A stretch of 32,000 nucleotides of DNA from Bifidobacterium longum subsp. longum JCM 1217 (GTDB taxonomy: Bacteria > Actinomycetota > Actinomycetes > Actinomycetales > Bifidobacteriaceae). The DNA is taken from the NCBI RefSeq assembly GCF_000196555.1, contig NC_015067.1:2190001-2222000 (forward strand), read 5' to 3'. The notes under the pieces were generated by a model. That model made no database searches, was not told where the DNA came from, and was given only the letters and a program-made list of their open reading frames with translations. Below are positions 1-8,346 of the stretch, piece after piece. A program made the position numbers and the translations under genes. Each line of letters opens with the position of its first letter. Position 1 is the first letter of the stretch.

Positions 1-1037
1 ACGATCGTGACCGCCTGCTTGACGGTTTCGACCGCGTCGGGCTTCTCCACGATGCGCGGCTGTTCGGTGAGCAGCTTGCGGATTTTGATGCAGCTGGCGT
101 TGAATCGCTGCCAGTCGTTGATCAGCCAGCCGGACTGGCGCACCGGGCCGTCGATCATCCACAGGAAGGAGTTGAAACTCACCAGATTGCCGAGGGTCAT
201 GTAGCCCTTGATGACCAGAAAGCCGCCGAGGCCGAGGGTGATGAGCTGCAGCGAGAAGCCGAGGCCGTCCAGCCACGGCATGTACTTGCGCGAGTTGTAG
301 GCCAAGGCCATGTTGCACTGCATGTAATCGTCGTTGTGCTCGTCGAACTTTTCGGTCTCGTACGGTTCGCGCACGAATGCCTTGACCACACGGTTGCCCT
401 CGATGTTCTCTTCGACCATGGAGTTGAGGGAGGCCAGCGAGTTGCGGATGGCGAAGAACAGCGGGTGGGCGTGCGTGGACAGGCCGCGCGTGAGCACAAA
501 AATGAACGGCGTGACGCAGGCCAGGACGAGCGCGAGTCGCCAATCGATGGCGAACATCACGCACAGGGCGCCCACGAACATGACCACGCAGTCGGCAATC
601 TGATAGCTCACCCAACTCAGGCAGTGGCGGATCGCGTCGGTGTCGGAGGTCAGGCGGCTCATGATGTCGCCGGTGCGTGTGTGGTTGAAATACGTGAAGT
701 CGAGCTCGTGCAGCTTCTCGTATTCGTCGGAGACGAGGCGGTAGACCGAGTTCTGGCCGAAACGCTCCATCCACATCTGGTAGCCGTATCGCGCGCCCAC
801 GCGGATGATGGTCATGAGGATCATCAGTCCACACAGACGTGGCAGTTCGTCGGCATGTCCGCCGACGATGACGCGGTCCACGATGATACCGGACAGAATC
901 GGAATGGTCAGGGCCATCGTGTTATTTGCGATGAACAGTAGAAGCGCGCCTACCACGCGGGGCAGGTCTGGTTTGCAGTATGGCAGCACCCATTTGAGAT
1001 TGCTTGCGCTGGTATTGATTCCCGGATCGACGTACAT
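1..1037 (-). CDS. ABC exporter, fused permease/ATPase subunit (N-terminal transmembrane domain only; 3' end lies beyond the window)
   Basis: Hand translation of the minus strand from ATG (cat at 1035-1037): MYVDPGINTSASNLKWVLPYCKPDLPRVVGALLLF...GYMTLGNLVSFNSFLWMIDGPVRQSGWLINDWQRFNASCIKIRKLLTEQPRIVEKPDAVETVKQAVTI. The frame stays open to position 3. This is a typical type-I ABC exporter TMD ending at the linker before the NBD. An in-frame TGA lies 4 codons upstream of the ATG. The ORF is missing from the track because no stop lies in the window. No obvious SD. Confidence 0.85.
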   Translation of the reverse strand, partial: MYVDPGINTSASNLKWVLPYCKPDLPRVVGALLLFIANNTMALTIPILSGIIVDRVIVGGHADELPRLCGLMILMTIIRVGARYGYQMWMERFGQNSVYRLVSDEYEKLHELDFTYFNHTRTGDIMSRLTSDTDAIRHCLSWVSYQIADCVVMFVGALCVMFAIDWRLALVLACVTPFIFVLTRGLSTHAHPLFFAIRNSLASLNSMVEENIEGNRVVKAFVREPYETEKFDEHNDDYMQCNMALAYNSRKYMPWLDGLGFSLQLITLGLGGFLVIKGYMTLGNLVSFNSFLWMIDGPVRQSGWLINDWQRFNASCIKIRKLLTEQPRIVEKPDAVETVKQAVTI

Positions 1038-1483
1038 GTGAGGAGATCACCGTTTCTTGGGGATTGTTTGCTTGTGGTATGGTGCGGCATGCTCCTGCGC
1101 CGCACGCGGCAATCGCTGCCGCCGCGATTCACGATCAGCCGTGCTTCGCACTGCGCCTGTCATTGGCCGCATGACCGAAGCTCTCCTTCATCGGTCGAAG
1201 CACGTTCGACTTTCGCAAACGCGTACTAGTCTAGACGGCCTGCGTCTAATCGCAACGGCCCGCAACTCTGCGTGTTCCCCGCATTAGCGGCGATACGCGG
1301 CTCTCTAAGCGCAACATTCCCCGGAATGCGTCGCTGCACACCTCCGAACAGGTCCAATTCGCAACGCATTCCCGGGAAAGTGGCGCATGTCATATCACGC
1401 TCAAACAACCCAGCATAGTGAGTGGTTCATTCACGTTTTACGTATTGTGCGACGGAATCGGCATCTCCCGCAACACGTGAGAT

Positions 1484-1527
1484 ATGCAAAAGTGCCGCAC
1501 GCTGAATGGTGATCAGCGTGCGGCACT
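1484..1527 (-). terminator. Rho-independent terminator downstream of the GH27 gene
   Basis: Perfect 15-bp stem, agtgccgcacgctga (1491-1505) / tcagcgtgcggcact (1513-1527), with a 7-nt loop. On the minus strand it is followed by TTTTGCAT. Confidence 0.6.
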
Positions 1528-1590
1528 GCGCGAAACGCGTGAAATCCGCAGAACGCACGAAACTCACGAAACAGATAAAACGTACAAAAC
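1528..1590. repeat. Seven phased 9-nt units ending in (G/A)AA(C/T)
   Basis: gcgcgaaac|gcgtgaaat|ccgcagaac|gcacgaaac|tcacgaaac|agataaaac|gtacaaaac, decaying into gcaagcaag|gcgaagcaa. Lies in the 3' untranslated stretch between the GH27 stop (1789) and its terminator hairpin. Confidence 0.6.
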
Positions 1591-1788
1591 GCAAGCAAGG
1601 CGAAGCAACGAACAGACAGAGACAGTCCACCTACAGGTCAGAACGCCAGCGAACGCACGTAGGAACCAACTTGCGGGCGGAACAGCTACCGGGGATTGTT
1701 CGTTTGCGATGTTCGCATTCATGGCAGGTTTCTCCATACGATTCGGGCGGTCGGTTCAGGAGGTTGGTTGGCGGAGGCAGGTTCGGTT

Positions 1789-3198
1789 TCAGCGTCGGTC
1801 CAGGGCCACCCAGAGCACGCCGTGCGGCGGAATCGTGCCGGTGATGACGCGGTCGGCACCCACGCCTTCAAGACGCACGTCGGCGGGCTCGCCCGGCGCG
1901 TCGGCATACAGATCGGCGAGTGTCCAATCGTCATTGCGGGCGTCAAGCCCCACGATGGATTGGAGCTGGATGTTGCGGCCGATCTCGTATGTGTCGCTGC
2001 CGGTCCAGAACAGCGCGGCGTAATGGCCGCCGTGATGCGCGGAACGTGTGCCATCGGCCCAATCGGCTGCGTCGGCGGACCAGACGATGAACTCGCCACG
2101 GCAGGTGCTCTCATCCCACCATTTGCCAAAAATCCGTTCGCGCACGGTCTCGCGGTTATTGGTGGAGCCGGCAAGCACCTCACGCAACGCGGGATTCTGC
2201 AGCAGCGCGATGGCGTCGCTGTTGCTGGTGGGCAGATCGCCGCCGACCATAAGCGGGCTACGCCCCATGCACCATAGGGCCAGCAGTGTCTTCTGCTCGT
2301 CCAGCGTAAGGCGGGATTGGCGGTCGTCGCCGCGTTCGGCGCGCAGGCCTATGTGCCCGAACGGCACCATGTCGGCGTCGGCCCAGTGGCCGGTGGTCTG
2401 GAACGGCGCCCAGCGGGCCAGGCGGGCGAACTGCTGGTAGATGTCTTCCCAACGGTCCCACAGATCGTCGGAAATACGCCACATTTGGGCGTTCTCGCGC
2501 AGGAAGTCGACGTAGCTCGTCGCCACCCAGCCGCCGGGCGAGAGAGACAGGTCAATCGAACGGCCGTATTTGGCTTCGGCTTTGGCGATGGCGCGATGAT
2601 AGGCGGCGATTTCGTCGGAGTGGAACGGGGTCTGCATGTCGTCGACCTTGAGGAAGTCGAGGCCCCAGGAGGCGAACAGGTCGAGCTGCGCGTCATACCA
2701 GGCCTGCGCGCCCGGGTGGGATTGGTTCAGGCCGTAGTTGTCCGGATTCCACTTGCACACGTGGTCGAGGTCGGCCACGTCCTTGGCGGTGTAGTTGGTG
2801 CCGTATACGGGCAGGTTCTTGTCCACGGCGATACGCGGGATGCCGCGCATCATGTGCATGCCAAGCTTCAAGCCCAGTTCGTGGACGGCGGCGGCGAGCG
2901 GGCCGAATCCCTTGCCGCCGGCAGCACTCGGGAAACGCACCGGGTCAGGCAGCTGACGGCCGTATTCGTCGAGAATCAGCGGCGCGTTGTCGTTGTAACC
3001 ATGTGCGCGGGCGGTCGGGTCGTACCAGTCGATGTCGATGACCAGCGTATCCCAGCCGGCGTTTTTCAGGTGTTCAGCCATGAACCGCGCGTTGGCCAGC
3101 AGCTCGTCTTCGGTGAGGGTCGTGCCATAGGAATCCCAGCTGTTCCAGCCCATCGGCGGACGCCATGCCTGAGGAAGGCTCTGCGGAAGATCCGTCAT
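1789..3198 (-). CDS. Glycoside hydrolase family 27, alpha-galactosidase-like
   Basis: 469-aa ORF with the N-terminal motif PPMGWNSWDSYG...VIDIDWYDP typical of GH27 (melibiase) TIM barrels. ATG at 3198 with AGGA 5 nt upstream. Confidence 0.9.
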   Translation of the reverse strand: MTDLPQSLPQAWRPPMGWNSWDSYGTTLTEDELLANARFMAEHLKNAGWDTLVIDIDWYDPTARAHGYNDNAPLILDEYGRQLPDPVRFPSAAGGKGFGPLAAAVHELGLKLGMHMMRGIPRIAVDKNLPVYGTNYTAKDVADLDHVCKWNPDNYGLNQSHPGAQAWYDAQLDLFASWGLDFLKVDDMQTPFHSDEIAAYHRAIAKAEAKYGRSIDLSLSPGGWVATSYVDFLRENAQMWRISDDLWDRWEDIYQQFARLARWAPFQTTGHWADADMVPFGHIGLRAERGDDRQSRLTLDEQKTLLALWCMGRSPLMVGGDLPTSNSDAIALLQNPALREVLAGSTNNRETVRERIFGKWWDESTCRGEFIVWSADAADWADGTRSAHHGGHYAALFWTGSDTYEIGRNIQLQSIVGLDARNDDWTLADLYADAPGEPADVRLEGVGADRVITGTIPPHGVLWVALDRR

Positions 3199-3364
3199 CG
3201 TATCCTGCTTTCGTTGATATTCGCATAAGTTGCCCTACGGCGGTATGCCAGCCGCAAACCAATCGGCATCGCGCACGTACGGATAGGTGAAGAGTGACGC
3301 CACTCCCCCGGAGAGTCCCATCCCAACGTACGACGAACTTCATGGCCTCTTGGCACACCGACGT

Positions 3365-3378
3365 ATGTACCGTTACAT
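3365..3378. promoter_or_regulatory. LacI-type operator candidate (ATGTACCGTTACAT)
   Basis: 12/14 palindrome with a central CG, in the divergent GH27/lacI intergenic region. Shares the 10-mer TACCGTTACA with 3500-3509 and the core TGTAnCGnTACA with 8162-8173. Confidence 0.4.
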
Positions 3379-3495
3379 ATTCTTCCACCGGAACGATATC
3401 AAGCAAGCGCATGTTACGCTCGGCGCGTCATCGCCTAAGCGCAGCATTTTCAGCGATTCCGGCACACAGCCACCATTTGCCAAAACACGATGTTG

Positions 3496-3509
3496 TGAAT
3501 ACCGTTACA
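3496..3509. promoter_or_regulatory. Second, half-degenerate operator-like site (TGAATACCGTTACA)
   Basis: Contains the same TACCGTTACA 10-mer. Lies 63 bp upstream of the LacI-family gene ATG. Confidence 0.3.
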
Positions 3510-3571
3510 ACCATTGGAAGCATTACGGGCATGATCCAATGCCCATCACAGGCGAAACATGAGGTGACGTT

Positions 3572-4729
3572 ATGCCGAGCGGCAAACCAACATTGCGCGA
3601 CGTAGCGAAAGCCGCCGGGGTCTCCCCCATGACCGCCTCGAATGCGCTGCACGGCAAGCCGGGTGTTAAGGATTCCACGCGCGCCAAAGTGCTGGCAGTG
3701 GCCGAAAAGCTTGATTACCGCATCAATCTGACGGCCAGCATGCTGAAGTCCGGCCGCAGCAACATCATCCACATCATCGTCAACGAATTCGATTCGCCGT
3801 TCTACTCCAAACTCGTCGAATCGCTCGTCACCGAAACCACCGAGCGCGGGCTGACGCCGTTCGTGGAGCAAACCCGGTACTCTCCGGATGCCGCCAAACA
3901 CGCGCTGGCCAACAACCCGTTCTCCGGGCAGTTGTTCGACGGCGAGATTATCCACGCTTCGGGCCTGAATGCCGGTGTGCCGCTTTCCGCGATCAACCAC
4001 GGCCGACCGCTGGTTCTGATTGACGCCTGCGAGGAAACGCCCACGTTCGATACAGTGAATTTCCCGAACGAGGACGGTGCGCGGGCGGCAGTGCAGCATC
4101 TCATCGAATGCGGATGCCACCGCATCGCCATCGTCGGCGACGGGTATTCGCCACGAACCGAACTGGCGCACGTGGAAAGTTCCAGCGGTTTGCGCCTGCG
4201 CGGGGCCAGCGGCGCGTTGCTCGATGCCGGGCTGCCGTATGACGAATCGACGAACTTCATTGGTTACGGTAGCGACAGCGGCATCGAAGCCGGTCATGCC
4301 ATCGCCGAGGCGATGCTCGAGGCTCGTGCGCAATCGGCTGATGACACTGCTGAGTCCCGTTCCCCGGGCACCACGCGGGCAACGGGAAGCACCCCGGCCA
4401 TCGATGGCATCTTCTGCATTAACGACTATGCCGCATTCGGAGTAATCCGAGGCCTTGCCGACTACGGCATCCGCGTGCCCGACGATGTGAGAGTCATCGG
4501 CTTCGACGGCGCCACGGCCGGCTCGTACACCACACCGACGCTGAGCACCGTCCAAGTGGATCTCGATCAGCTCGCCCAATTCGCGCTTGATATGATCACC
4601 CGCCGCGTGGAGCAGCGCGACCAGGGCGACGGCAGGTCCGACGAATCCGCTGGCATGCCGGCCACGCGCGCCACCATTGGATACACACTGGTTCCGCGCG
4701 AGTCCACTGTCGGTTCGGCAAACAGGTAA
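3572..4729 (+). CDS. LacI-family transcriptional regulator
   Basis: N-terminal HTH (TLRDVAKAAGVSPMTASNALHGKPGVKDSTRAKVLAVAEKLDY) followed by a periplasmic-binding-protein-like sugar-binding fold. GAGGTGA lies 5 nt upstream of the ATG. Confidence 0.92.
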   Translation: MPSGKPTLRDVAKAAGVSPMTASNALHGKPGVKDSTRAKVLAVAEKLDYRINLTASMLKSGRSNIIHIIVNEFDSPFYSKLVESLVTETTERGLTPFVEQTRYSPDAAKHALANNPFSGQLFDGEIIHASGLNAGVPLSAINHGRPLVLIDACEETPTFDTVNFPNEDGARAAVQHLIECGCHRIAIVGDGYSPRTELAHVESSSGLRLRGASGALLDAGLPYDESTNFIGYGSDSGIEAGHAIAEAMLEARAQSADDTAESRSPGTTRATGSTPAIDGIFCINDYAAFGVIRGLADYGIRVPDDVRVIGFDGATAGSYTTPTLSTVQVDLDQLAQFALDMITRRVEQRDQGDGRSDESAGMPATRATIGYTLVPRESTVGSANR

Positions 4730-4900
4730 CGCTGAAACGCCGAAATAGGGCGGCGATTCCCGACTGCCGCGCCCACTGCCCAAGTGCCGTGCAGCGTGAC
4801 GTGCGAGGTTTCGGCATGCGTCAAACCGTTCCCAGCGCTCCCACGTGGTAGTGGCGCCCATGCGCACTTTTCCTAGGGTTAGGACCATGACCTTCCCTAA

Positions 4901-5866
4901 TCACACGGTGTTGTAGAGGCGGGCGGGGAAAGCGTCGCGGTATTGGCCGGGGGTCAGGCCAGTGCGGCGCTTGAAGACGCGCATGAAGTACTTGGGATCG
5001 GCGTAGCCCACTTCTCGCGCAATATCCGCCACGCTGGAAGCGGTAGAACTCAGCAGTTCGCGCGCACGGTCGATGCGATATTCGATGATCTGCTCGGCCA
5101 CACCCACGCCGAACACGCGCCGGTACATCGCGGTCAGATAGCTGGGTGAATAGTGGAAGCGCGCGGCCACTTTGGCCACGGTGATGTCGTCGAAGGCATT
5201 GGCCATAATCCACGAGCGGATGGCCAGCATCGGCGCCAGGCCGGACGAATCGCCAGCGGCACCGGCCGAATCGACATGCATGGCCCATTCCTGTTGCTGC
5301 CGGACGCGGTCGGCACTGGTGATGGGCTTGCCGTCGCCCCGGTAGCCGGCGAGCGTACGATGGGTGGCGAAGTCCGCCTTCAGCCGCTCCTGCGCGCTGA
5401 CCTCCAGCAGCAGGCCGGTGGCGAAGTAATCGCAGTAAGCGTTGGAATACGGGCCGAATCGCGCATAGATGTCGATGAGCTGCCCACACATCACCGCCAG
5501 CCGGTCGGGGTCAGGCAGGGTGCGTTCATCGGGCAGCAGCAGGCAATGGTCATCCTGCGGCAGACCCGCGTCATCGGGGAGCATGCGCGCATCCGGCAAT
5601 TTGAAATGCATCCAGTAGAAGTCCACGTCAGACGTGATGATGTCGGCGCCCGCATGCTCCACATTCGGCGGCAAGAGTGCGATTTGGCCGGCCTCGATAT
5701 GCAGGGTCTGCTCCCCCACCCGCATCGGCAGGACGCCCCGACGCACGAACATCAGCTCGAAGGTGTCGATGGTGCGCCGCAGATGGCGCCAGCCCGGTCC
5801 GGACACAAACTGCCCGACCGAGTAAAAGTCCACCGGCCCTTCGAGCCGACATGTCGTGATGCCCAT
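4901..5866 (-). CDS. AraC-family transcriptional regulator
   Basis: C-terminal AraC HTH (FHYSPSYLTAMYRRVFG...VADIAREVGYADPKYFMRVFKRRTGLTPGQYR) with an N-terminal cupin-like sensor domain. The track ORF starts at a TTG (5890) only 3 nt after the GH127 stop. The first ATG is at 5866 (MGITTCRLEG). The start is uncertain between these two. Confidence 0.88.
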   Translation of the reverse strand: MGITTCRLEGPVDFYSVGQFVSGPGWRHLRRTIDTFELMFVRRGVLPMRVGEQTLHIEAGQIALLPPNVEHAGADIITSDVDFYWMHFKLPDARMLPDDAGLPQDDHCLLLPDERTLPDPDRLAVMCGQLIDIYARFGPYSNAYCDYFATGLLLEVSAQERLKADFATHRTLAGYRGDGKPITSADRVRQQQEWAMHVDSAGAAGDSSGLAPMLAIRSWIMANAFDDITVAKVAARFHYSPSYLTAMYRRVFGVGVAEQIIEYRIDRARELLSSTASSVADIAREVGYADPKYFMRVFKRRTGLTPGQYRDAFPARLYNTV

Positions 5867-5893
5867 GGCTACCAGAGTAGCCGAGAGCAAATA

Positions 5894-8122
5894 TCAGCCG
5901 CGCAGCCAGACGGTCATTTCGTTTTCGCCGCGGTTGGCCCAGGCGAAGTACGGGATGAGCGTGGCGGTGGCGGGCTCGCGCTTGACCGGCGCGTACACGG
6001 CGTAGAGCGGTGCGAACGCCGGAACCTCGGCCGCGCCCTCACCCGCGGCGGCCACAGCAGCCGGCAACGGCTCGCGCCAAGCCGGCACCTCAAGCTTCAC
6101 CATGCGGCGGGTCACATCTTCCACCTCGCCCTGGCCCTTGTCGTCGATGCCCTTGGCGCCGGCGTGGAAGTCGAACTCCTCGACCTTGGCCACGCTCGGA
6201 TCGGCCAGCAGTGCCTCCGTATCCGCGTGCAGCAGGTGCAGGTTCGCACCATTATCCTTTTCTTCAGCGCAGAAAGTAATCGGGCCGCGCACGAACGCCA
6301 CCTTGCCGGCGTCCTCGCGCACCAGCGGGTTGGCGGCCAGCATACGTACCGGCATCGGGAAGTCGAACGTCACGGTGTCGCCGTCGCGCCATTCGCCGGT
6401 CAGGTACAGGTAGCCGTCGCGGATTTCGCGGGTCACGCGGGAACTATCGGCCCCAGACTCAGACTCGCCCGTGGCCGTAATCGCGGCGGCAGCAGCGGAC
6501 TCATCGCCCACCCAACCGGGCAGACGGAAGGCCAGCGTAAAGCGAGCAGGAGCCTGAGCCGAGGTGCCAGCAGCGTCACCGCCCAAGCGCACGACAGCCT
6601 TGCCATCGCCCTGCCACGGCAGGTTCGCCGTAACATCCAGCTCCACAGCCGTACCATTCAACTCAGCTTTGGCCACGCCGCCCATATACAAGTGCGTGAA
6701 CAGCGTACCGCCATCCTCGGCAACCGTGTAGGCATATTCCTGCACCGACTCAACGATGCGGGCGATGTTCGGCGGGCAGCATGCGCAGCCGAACCACTTC
6801 TGACGCACCGGCTTGACGTGGCGCAGGCGGCTGTCTTTATGGCAGGCATACGGATTGACTTCCAGCGGGTTCACGTAGAAGAAGCTCTTGCCGTCCAGCG
6901 CCATGCCGGCCAGCGTGGTGTTGTACAGCGCCGACTCCATAACGTCCGCGTACTCGGCCTTTGGCGCGAGCTCGAGCATGCGACGGGCGAAGAACGCCAG
7001 CGAAATCGCGGCGCAGGTCTCAGAGTAGGCGGAGTCGTTGGGCAGGTCGTAGTTGTAGGAGAATGCCTCGCCGTCCACCGTGCCGCCGATGCCGCCGGTA
7101 ACGTACAGTTTCTTATCGACGATATTGCGCCAGAGCCGCTCGGCCGCATCGGCGAGGTCCTGGTCGTCGGCCAGTCGGGCCACGTCCGCCAGACCGGAGT
7201 AGAAGTAGCCGGCGCGCACGGCATGGCCTACGGCTTCGTCTTGTTCGGTGACCGGCTTGTTCGCCTGGTGATAGGCGTACCGGTTGGGGTCCGTGTTGGG
7301 TTTGTAGTTGGCGTCGGCGTCGCGCTTTGCGTTCTCGTCTGCCTGAATATCGAAGATGTACGGCTGCCGGCCGCGCTCGGTCACGAAATATTCGGCCAGA
7401 TCAAGGTACCGCTGTTCGCCGGTGACCTCGTACAGCCTCACCAAAGCCATCTCGGCAATCTCGTGACCGGGGTAACCACGCAGCTGGCCCGGCTTGCGAC
7501 CGAAGCGCTCGTCTACGTAATCGGCGAAACGGCAGGCGGCCTTGAGCAACTTGTCTTTGCCGGTGCCCTGGTAGTAGGCCACCGCACCTTCAACGAGGTG
7601 GCCGAGGCAGTACAGTTCGTGATGGTCACGCAGATTGGTGAACGCGCGATCCATGTCGTTCAGAATGTAGCAGGTGTCCAGATAGCCGTTGTCGAGTTGG
7701 GCGGCACACACGACGTCGATGGCTTGGTCGGCGGTCTGTTCCAGTGCGGGGTCCGGGTAATGGGCGAGGGAATAGCCGACTGCCTCCACCCACTTGGAGA
7801 AGTCGGTGTCTTGGAACACGAAGCCGTAGAACTTGTCTGGGTCGGGATTGGCCGGGTCTTCGGGGAGCGCCTCAAATCCGCGGAACGTGTACTTCGGCGG
7901 CACGAACGCCTTGCCCTGGGTATCCTTACGCTTGTTTTGCGCGGCAGCGGCCTTGAAGTTGTGCATGCAGTAGCTGGGGGCCGCGCCGGGGACGTTATCG
8001 TTCAGGGCGTTCCACTGATAGGGAATCACAGCCGTGCGCACGAGTTCCTGCTCGGTGCGCCAGAACGAATCGGTGACGGTGACGTTTTTCAGGGCCAGCG
8101 GCTTGCTATGCAGCGAAGTCAT
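5894..8122 (-). CDS. GH127/GH146 (DUF1680) family beta-L-arabinofuranosidase-like glycosidase
   Basis: N-terminal LKNVTVTDSFWRTEQELVRTAVIPYQWNALND and the cysteine motif KWFGCACCPPNIARI are characteristic of HypBA1-type enzymes. The ATG at 8122 has AAGGAG 7 nt upstream. The track ORF extends to an ATG at 8149 with no SD. Confidence 0.9.
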   Translation of the reverse strand: MTSLHSKPLALKNVTVTDSFWRTEQELVRTAVIPYQWNALNDNVPGAAPSYCMHNFKAAAAQNKRKDTQGKAFVPPKYTFRGFEALPEDPANPDPDKFYGFVFQDTDFSKWVEAVGYSLAHYPDPALEQTADQAIDVVCAAQLDNGYLDTCYILNDMDRAFTNLRDHHELYCLGHLVEGAVAYYQGTGKDKLLKAACRFADYVDERFGRKPGQLRGYPGHEIAEMALVRLYEVTGEQRYLDLAEYFVTERGRQPYIFDIQADENAKRDADANYKPNTDPNRYAYHQANKPVTEQDEAVGHAVRAGYFYSGLADVARLADDQDLADAAERLWRNIVDKKLYVTGGIGGTVDGEAFSYNYDLPNDSAYSETCAAISLAFFARRMLELAPKAEYADVMESALYNTTLAGMALDGKSFFYVNPLEVNPYACHKDSRLRHVKPVRQKWFGCACCPPNIARIVESVQEYAYTVAEDGGTLFTHLYMGGVAKAELNGTAVELDVTANLPWQGDGKAVVRLGGDAAGTSAQAPARFTLAFRLPGWVGDESAAAAAITATGESESGADSSRVTREIRDGYLYLTGEWRDGDTVTFDFPMPVRMLAANPLVREDAGKVAFVRGPITFCAEEKDNGANLHLLHADTEALLADPSVAKVEEFDFHAGAKGIDDKGQGEVEDVTRRMVKLEVPAWREPLPAAVAAAGEGAAEVPAFAPLYAVYAPVKREPATATLIPYFAWANRGENEMTVWLRG

Positions 8123-8158
8123 GACGTACTCCTTTGGACTATGCGACATTCGTCAACA

Positions 8159-8176
8159 ATATGTATCGGTACATAT
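8159..8176. promoter_or_regulatory. Operator-like palindrome ATATGTATCGGTACATAT
   Basis: 16/18 palindrome located 37 bp upstream of the GH127 start. Its core TGTATCGGTACA matches TGTACCGTTACA at 3367-3378. Confidence 0.4.
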
Positions 8177-8346
8177 GATACGTGCGCCCGCGCGAGCAGC
8201 AAGGTGGACAAATCGTTGGCGGGGTGGAATCGCCGGCGCATATCCGCCCGTACGATTTCGCCCGGTGAATCGCCCGACGAATACACGGCGACTTATACTA
8301 CCGACGGACCACAAACGTCGCCTACATGAATGGAAGATCAATCATC

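Noticed and set aside
3428-4888. 486-aa minus-strand ORF opposite the LacI-family gene
   Set aside because: The plus-strand gene has a clear HTH, an SD and a sugar-binding fold. The antisense product has no motifs.
5153-8329. 1058-aa plus-strand ORF spanning the AraC and GH127 genes
   Set aside because: It is antisense to two well-supported minus-strand genes. The translation is an Arg/Gly/Ala/Val/His-rich low-complexity string with no recognisable motif, a typical stop-codon-poor antisense frame in high-GC DNA.
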